Shown: one piece after another, positions 42,936 to 47,697 of the stretch
Numbering within the stretch: position 1 is the stretch's first letter
Layout: every line of letters begins with the position of its first letter
From: Aquificaceae bacterium
Lineage (GTDB): Bacteria > Aquificota > Aquificia > Aquificales > Aquificaceae
Assembly (NCBI GenBank): GCA_046292245.1
Contig: JBKBRK010000001.1
Coordinates: 1 to 47,697 of the forward strand
Reading direction: 5' to 3'
Length of the DNA stretch: 47,697 nt
The notes under the pieces: generated by a model
The model's database searches: none
Seen by the model: only the letters and a program-made list of their open reading frames with translations
Told to the model about the DNA's origin: nothing
Translations under genes and position numbers: made by a program

Positions 42936-44187
42936 CATATACGCAGAGACAACCCTTAACCTACTTTTAAAGAGGGCAAAAAAGCTCAAGGTACATACCA
43001 TAGAAGAGTATCTAAAAGATGGTGGCTATCAAGCCTTGGAAAAGGCTTTGAATATGGACCCTATGGAGATAATAGACTGGGTGGATAGAAGTCAGTTGAG
43101 GGGAAGGGGCGGTGCTGGTTTCCCAACGGGTAGAAAATGGAAGTTTGCAGTCCAAAACCCCGCACCAAGATATCTTATATGCAACGCAGACGAATCAGAG
43201 CCCGGAACATTTAAAGACAGGATCCTTATAGAAAGAGATCCCCATCTTTTGATAGAGGGCATGATCATATCCGCCTACGCCATAGGCGCAAGCCAAGCCT
43301 TTATATACATAAGGGGAGAATATCCCGCAGGCTATTACATTTTAAGGGATGCCATAGAGGAAGCCAAAGAGAAGGGCTTTTTAGGTAAAAATATACTTGG
43401 CTCTGGCTTTGACCTTGAAATATACGTGGCAAGGGGTGCAGGAGCCTATATATGCGGCGAAGAAAGCGCCCTAATAGAATCCCTTGAGGGTAAAAGGGGC
43501 TTTCCCAGGATAAAGCCACCTTTTCCTGTTCAGTGTGGTCTTTTTGGTAAGCCCACAGTGGTAAATAATGTGGAAACCCTTTGTAATATTCCCCTTATCG
43601 TGGGCATGGGCTGGGAAGAGTATAAATACATAGGTCCCAGTGATTACCCAGGTCCAAAGCTTTTCCCTGTGAGCGGAAAGGTGAAAAAACCCGGTGTTTA
43701 TGAACTTCCCATGAACACCACCCTGAGGGAAGTTATCTTTAAGTATGCAGGGGGAACAATTGGAAATAAAAAGGTAAAGGCAATATTTTCTGGAGCTTTG
43801 GATTGTTTCTCTTCGGAAGAGCTTGACACCCCCATGGACTACTCACCTTTTGGCTTTGGCGGAACTGGTACTGTTATAGTGCTTACAGAGGAGGACGATA
43901 TAGTCAAGGCTTGTCTTTTGGTAGCAGAGTTTTATGCCCATGAAAGCTGTGGCCAATGTACCCCTTGCAGAGTGGGAAGCAAAGAGCAGGCTTATCTTCT
44001 TGAGAAGATAGTCCACCACCAAATCGATGAAAAAGACTGGGAAGCCTTTGATTTTGTCAATTCCCATATTCAACCCACTTCCATATGCGGTCTTGGTGCA
44101 GTGGCAGGCAGGCTTATCAGGCAAACTATGAAAAAGTTTCCAGAGGAATGGGAAAGGTATAAAAAACTACTCAAGGTGGGTGTATGA
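42910..44187 (+). CDS. nuoF: NADH-quinone oxidoreductase subunit F
   Basis: GRGGAGFPTG, NADESEPG, YICGEE, SCGQCTPCR, ICGLG; start at ATG 42910. Confidence 0.95.
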   Translation: MRSYPVMPNIYAETTLNLLLKRAKKLKVHTIEEYLKDGGYQALEKALNMDPMEIIDWVDRSQLRGRGGAGFPTGRKWKFAVQNPAPRYLICNADESEPGTFKDRILIERDPHLLIEGMIISAYAIGASQAFIYIRGEYPAGYYILRDAIEEAKEKGFLGKNILGSGFDLEIYVARGAGAYICGEESALIESLEGKRGFPRIKPPFPVQCGLFGKPTVVNNVETLCNIPLIVGMGWEEYKYIGPSDYPGPKLFPVSGKVKKPGVYELPMNTTLREVIFKYAGGTIGNKKVKAIFSGALDCFSSEELDTPMDYSPFGFGGTGTVIVLTEEDDIVKACLLVAEFYAHESCGQCTPCRVGSKEQAYLLEKIVHHQIDEKDWEAFDFVNSHIQPTSICGLGAVAGRLIRQTMKKFPEEWERYKKLLKVGV

Positions 44188-44414
44188 AAAAAGCTCTTTT
44201 ATTACTTTTTCTACTTTCTCCCCCAGCCCTATCTCAAGAAAGGGATTGCTCCACAAATCCCCTTAAGGACAAAGATTATTGCAAATACTTTTGGAGCTTG
44301 TGTAAAAGCCTTGGATTAAAAAGGCTTGATGGTATAAAATCCTGTCTTGAGAAAAGCCAAACTTACGAAGAGGGTATGAAGTGTTTTGAAAGGTCATGGT
44401 TGGAGGATCTTTAA
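44184..44414 (+). CDS. small secreted Cys-rich hypothetical protein
   Basis: Signal peptide MKKALLLLFLLSPPALS; 5 Cys in the mature part; ATGA overlap with nuoF. Confidence 0.65.
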   Translation: MKKALLLLFLLSPPALSQERDCSTNPLKDKDYCKYFWSLCKSLGLKRLDGIKSCLEKSQTYEEGMKCFERSWLEDL

Positions 44415-44466
44415 ATAATCTTAACAGGCTTCATAAACCAAAGGCTCATCAGTAAATATTATAAGC

Positions 44467-45507
44467 TTACAGAATTCCCTCCAAAGCTTGTAAAAAGCTC
44501 CCCATAACCCTTTCTTTGGAAAACTTGTCCCTATACAGCCTTAGAGAGTTCAAGGACAGCCTTTCCCACCCTTGGGAAGCCCTTAACATCTTTTGGAAAA
44601 GGTCATCTATATCCCCCGCCCTAAATACATAGCCGTTTTCCTCCTCAAGGATGGCTTCCTTTATGCCTCCAACGTCAGAGCCCACCAAGGCACAACCGCA
44701 GGCAAGGGCTTCAATGGCGACCCTTGGAAAGGCTTCCCTTTCCTTGGAAGCTATTACACAAACATGGGAATTTTGATAGTACTTTTCTACCTCTTTGGTG
44801 TATCCTACGAAAAAAACCTTATCTTTTAGCCCCTTTTCATAAACAAACCTTTCCAACTTTTCCTTCTCTGGTCCTTCTCCCACATAAAAGCACCTAACTT
44901 TATCTTTGACCTTTAAAAGCTTTTCAAAAGCATAAAGCAAGTCCCATACTCCCTTACCCTTATCAACTTTTCCCACAAAGAGAAAGTTTAAAAAATCTTT
45001 TGGCTTTTCTCTCCAATAGAATCTTCCCTCCTCTATAAGGTTATAAACCACTTTAACCCTTTCTGGTTTGACACCCTCCTCTATAAGGTTTTTTCTTACG
45101 TGGGCGCTTACCGCAAGGAAAAGGTCTACGTAGGGAAAGACAAACCTTTTAACACCCCAACTTTTCATCCTTTCCATGTGTCTAAAGAAGACCACTTTTA
45201 CCTTGGAAAGCTTTCCGGAGATAAGGGCGTTTAGGTATTCCTTTCCATTGTTGGCTATTAGTACTTGGGGCTTTCTCCTTTTCAAAAGTTTTGTAAGTTT
45301 GTAGGTGCTGTAAAAAGCCAAGCTGTTGGGAAAGCTTATATAGTGCTTTTCTATCCCTTGTATGTGCCTATCCACGTAGGAGTCTTTGGCTACCGCCAAA
45401 ATTAGGTCCAAACCCATCCTTTTCAGCTCCTTTACCATCTCCACCGAGTGTATCTCTGTTCCCCCAAAGTTTGGGTTTGGATTGCCGTTAAGCCAAACTA
45501 TCTTCAT
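44467..45507 (-). CDS. GT4 family glycosyltransferase
   Basis: GGTE, FVGKV..GKG, EAFPRVAIEALACG (EX7E). Confidence 0.92.
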   Translation of the reverse strand: MKIVWLNGNPNPNFGGTEIHSVEMVKELKRMGLDLILAVAKDSYVDRHIQGIEKHYISFPNSLAFYSTYKLTKLLKRRKPQVLIANNGKEYLNALISGKLSKVKVVFFRHMERMKSWGVKRFVFPYVDLFLAVSAHVRKNLIEEGVKPERVKVVYNLIEEGRFYWREKPKDFLNFLFVGKVDKGKGVWDLLYAFEKLLKVKDKVRCFYVGEGPEKEKLERFVYEKGLKDKVFFVGYTKEVEKYYQNSHVCVIASKEREAFPRVAIEALACGCALVGSDVGGIKEAILEEENGYVFRAGDIDDLFQKMLRASQGWERLSLNSLRLYRDKFSKERVMGSFLQALEGIL

Positions 45508-46181
45508 AGGGCTACCTTTAGTAAAAACTTTGGGAGAAAGTCGTTTCCAAAGATAGTTATCCTATTTATTTCAAAGGGGTTTGGACTGTCTTCTACCTTT
45601 CCCTCCCTTGTGGTAAAGGCAAGCTTATAGCCCGCATTGGCTACAAGGTCTCTCACCTGTGGGTTGTAATCTCCATAAGGGTAGCAAAAGCTCTTTATCT
45701 CCACGCTTAGCTTATCTTCCAAAAGGCTTTTGGAAGCCCTTATCTCCTCATTAGCCTTTTGGGGACTTATTTGGGAAAGGTAAGGATGGGAAAGGCTATG
45801 AGAGCCTATCTCTATATCCATCTTTACAAGCTCTCTTAAATGCCACCAGTCCATCAAGGGCTTTTTCACGTTAAGTTTTTGGTAATCCCATTGGTTATAG
45901 GTACCTACAAGCCCTGCTGGGACAAAAATAATGGCGGGCACGTTGTACTTTCTTAGTATATCAAGAGCCTTTTCCCAAAAGTCCAAATAGGCATCGTCAA
46001 AGGTAAGGATTAACTTTTTTTGTTGTTTAGCCTGTAAAAGGTCATCGCTTCTTCCAAAAGCATAACCAAGCCTTCTTAGCCACGATATCTGCCTTTCCAG
46101 CTGAGAGGGCTTTACATAAAGGGTTTTTAGCTTGGCAGTTTTGGGAGACTTGTCTATGTTGTGATAGGTAAAGACTTTCAT
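45504..46181 (-). CDS. polysaccharide deacetylase (CE4)
   Basis: TYHNI, LTFDDAY, GSHSLSH, FCYPYG; start at ATG 46181. Confidence 0.9.
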   Translation of the reverse strand: MKVFTYHNIDKSPKTAKLKTLYVKPSQLERQISWLRRLGYAFGRSDDLLQAKQQKKLILTFDDAYLDFWEKALDILRKYNVPAIIFVPAGLVGTYNQWDYQKLNVKKPLMDWWHLRELVKMDIEIGSHSLSHPYLSQISPQKANEEIRASKSLLEDKLSVEIKSFCYPYGDYNPQVRDLVANAGYKLAFTTREGKVEDSPNPFEINRITIFGNDFLPKFLLKVAL

Positions 46182-46271
46182 GAGAATATTATAAAAATTC
46201 ACGCACTTGTGGAATGATAGATCCTTTATGTACACACTTGGTAAGAAATTCTCTTTCAGAATTTTAAATCC

Positions 46272-46285
46272 TTGATAGCGGTCAA
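46272..46285. promoter_or_regulatory. FNR/DNR-like box
   Basis: TTGAT-agcg-GTCAA versus TTGAT-N4-ATCAA, in a divergent intergenic region. Confidence 0.4.
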
Positions 46286-46353
46286 TGAAATACCCCTAAG
46301 AAAGATGATATTTCAAGCGACGTATTCTTATTAATTTTAATAAAATTTTTACC

Positions 46354-47118
46354 ATGAGAACGGTGGATGTAAGTAGCAAGCCAGAAACCCTTAGGAGCGC
46401 CAAAGCCTATGGCAGGATAAGGTTAAAAAAGGAAACTGTGAAAGCCATAAAGGAAGGAAGAGTGCCAAAAGGGGACGTGCTATCTGCCTGTAGGCTTGCG
46501 GGCATAATGGCAGGAAAGAAGACTCCAGAGCTTCTTCCCTTTTGCCATCCCATAAGCTTTGAACACATGGAGTTAGAGGTAAAGGTTGGAGAGGATTTTA
46601 TAGAGGTCTTTTCCTATGTTAAGGGGCTCCAAAGGACTGGCTACGAGATGGAAGCTTTGACCTCGGTAAGCGTAGCTCTTCTTACCATATACGATATGTG
46701 TAAGGGCATGGATGATAGCATGGTTATGGAGGAAATAAAACTTTTAGAAAAGGATGGAGGAAAGTCCCAATGGTCAAAGGACTTGAAGGGGCTAAGGGTA
46801 AAGGTCCTTTCCGAGTGTGGTTTAAGGGAGCTTATAGAGGGCAAGCTAACAGCCTTTGGAGCCCAAATAGAAGAGGAGGATTATCAGCTACTTGTAAGCA
46901 CGCAGAACCTTGAACTCTCCGAGGTTTGGGGAGTTTCTCACGCTATAAATCAGAAGCTCTTTTCTTTGATGCCAGAAAGCCTTAGAGAAGGTGTAAGGCT
47001 TGGGCTTTTTAATGGCAAGCCCTGCTTGCAGTTGCAGGCAAGTAAAGAGGTTATAACCGCCTTTTTTGAAAGCTTTGGAAATCTCTTAGGAAACTGGGTT
47101 TATGGAGAGGCTGTATAA
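46354..47118 (+). CDS. moaC: cyclic pyranopterin monophosphate synthase MoaC with C-terminal extension
   Basis: VDVSSK, KGDVL, LLPFCHP, TGYEMEAL, IYDMCK, K.GGKS. Confidence 0.92.
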   Translation: MRTVDVSSKPETLRSAKAYGRIRLKKETVKAIKEGRVPKGDVLSACRLAGIMAGKKTPELLPFCHPISFEHMELEVKVGEDFIEVFSYVKGLQRTGYEMEALTSVSVALLTIYDMCKGMDDSMVMEEIKLLEKDGGKSQWSKDLKGLRVKVLSECGLRELIEGKLTAFGAQIEEEDYQLLVSTQNLELSEVWGVSHAINQKLFSLMPESLREGVRLGLFNGKPCLQLQASKEVITAFFESFGNLLGNWVYGEAV

Positions 47119-47697
47119 CTGGCTTTTTCTAAAGGCGATAAGGGGCTTGGGAGAGCTATCCATAAAAAAGCTATGGCTTAGGTTTGGGACTCCAGAGGCT
47201 ATACTCTCCGCAGAAGAGGGAGAATTAGAAGGGCTTATAGGCGTAGAAAGGGCTAAATTTCTAAGGAAAAGGGAACTTACCTTTGATCCCGAGAAGGTGG
47301 TCAAATTGGTAGAAAAGGAAGGTATAGGCTGGATCACCTTAGAGGATGAAAATTATCCCCTTTCCTTAAGGGAGATAGAAGACCCTCCCCCTGTACTTTT
47401 TCTTAGAGGACCTTTGAAATCCATACCCATGATAGGCATAGTGGGTTCAAGAAAGCCCGACTCTCAAAGCCTTGGCTTTATAAGGAGTTTAGTCTCGGAG
47501 GTTGTAAGCAGAGGCTACGGTGTTTCTTCGGGCGGTGCCATGGGCTGTGATTTTTTTAGCCATAGGGAATGTATTTCTATGGGAGGATATAGCCTTTGTT
47601 TTTTGGGTATGGGCATACTAAAGATACCTCCTTATCTTCTTAAGCTAAAGGGGGAGAATATGCTTTTCCTTTCGGAGTTTTTGCCCGATGAGAGGCC
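47102..47697 (+). CDS. dprA: DNA-processing protein DprA (partial, runs off the window edge)
   Basis: Manual translation: YPLSLREIEDPPPVLFLRG, IGIVGSRK, SGGAMGCD, LSEF. Not in the ORF track. Confidence 0.9.
   Translation, partial: MERLYNWLFLKAIRGLGELSIKKLWLRFGTPEAILSAEEGELEGLIGVERAKFLRKRELTFDPEKVVKLVEKEGIGWITLEDENYPLSLREIEDPPPVLFLRGPLKSIPMIGIVGSRKPDSQSLGFIRSLVSEVVSRGYGVSSGGAMGCDFFSHRECISMGGYSLCFLGMGILKIPPYLLKLKGENMLFLSEFLPDER

Overview
This is a gene-dense chromosomal segment from an Aquificaceae bacterium (Hydrogenobacter/Thermocrinis-like), judged from close resemblance to PspA, Aq_880-type HARP, Aquifex-type NuoEF and the Sox proteins. It is mostly housekeeping genes: exbBD with a TPR protein, pspA with a class V aminotransferase, mazG, queH-iscS-mrp, flgM, hfq, topA, icd, alaS-rpmE-prfA, truB/rpoS-like/degP/bioC/bioH, gap, lipA, tig-clpP-clpX-skp-lpxD-mqnD-nuoEF, moaC and dprA. 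It also carries a soxW-soxYZAXB-DUF302 cluster without soxCD and three tRNAs. The strongest signals concern RNA processing. A protein-only RNase P (HARP) gene overlaps a Pab1020-family RNA ligase gene tail-to-tail, with a HIT hydrolase nearby. tRNA-Pro and tRNA-Arg abut with zero spacer and no encoded CCA, and run directly into an N-terminally clipped bioH. Two tRNA promoters share a TATAAT-T(T)ATATA(TT)CCA design. Many genes appear leaderless. Intergenic DNA holds decayed surface-protein parts (an orphan GGGGC-TM-RR C-terminal anchor with its own terminator, and related signal-peptide remnants) and a phased pair of DnaA boxes at a gene-orientation switch. No CRISPR array, rRNA or intact mobile element was seen. 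All family assignments come from motif recognition, not database searches.
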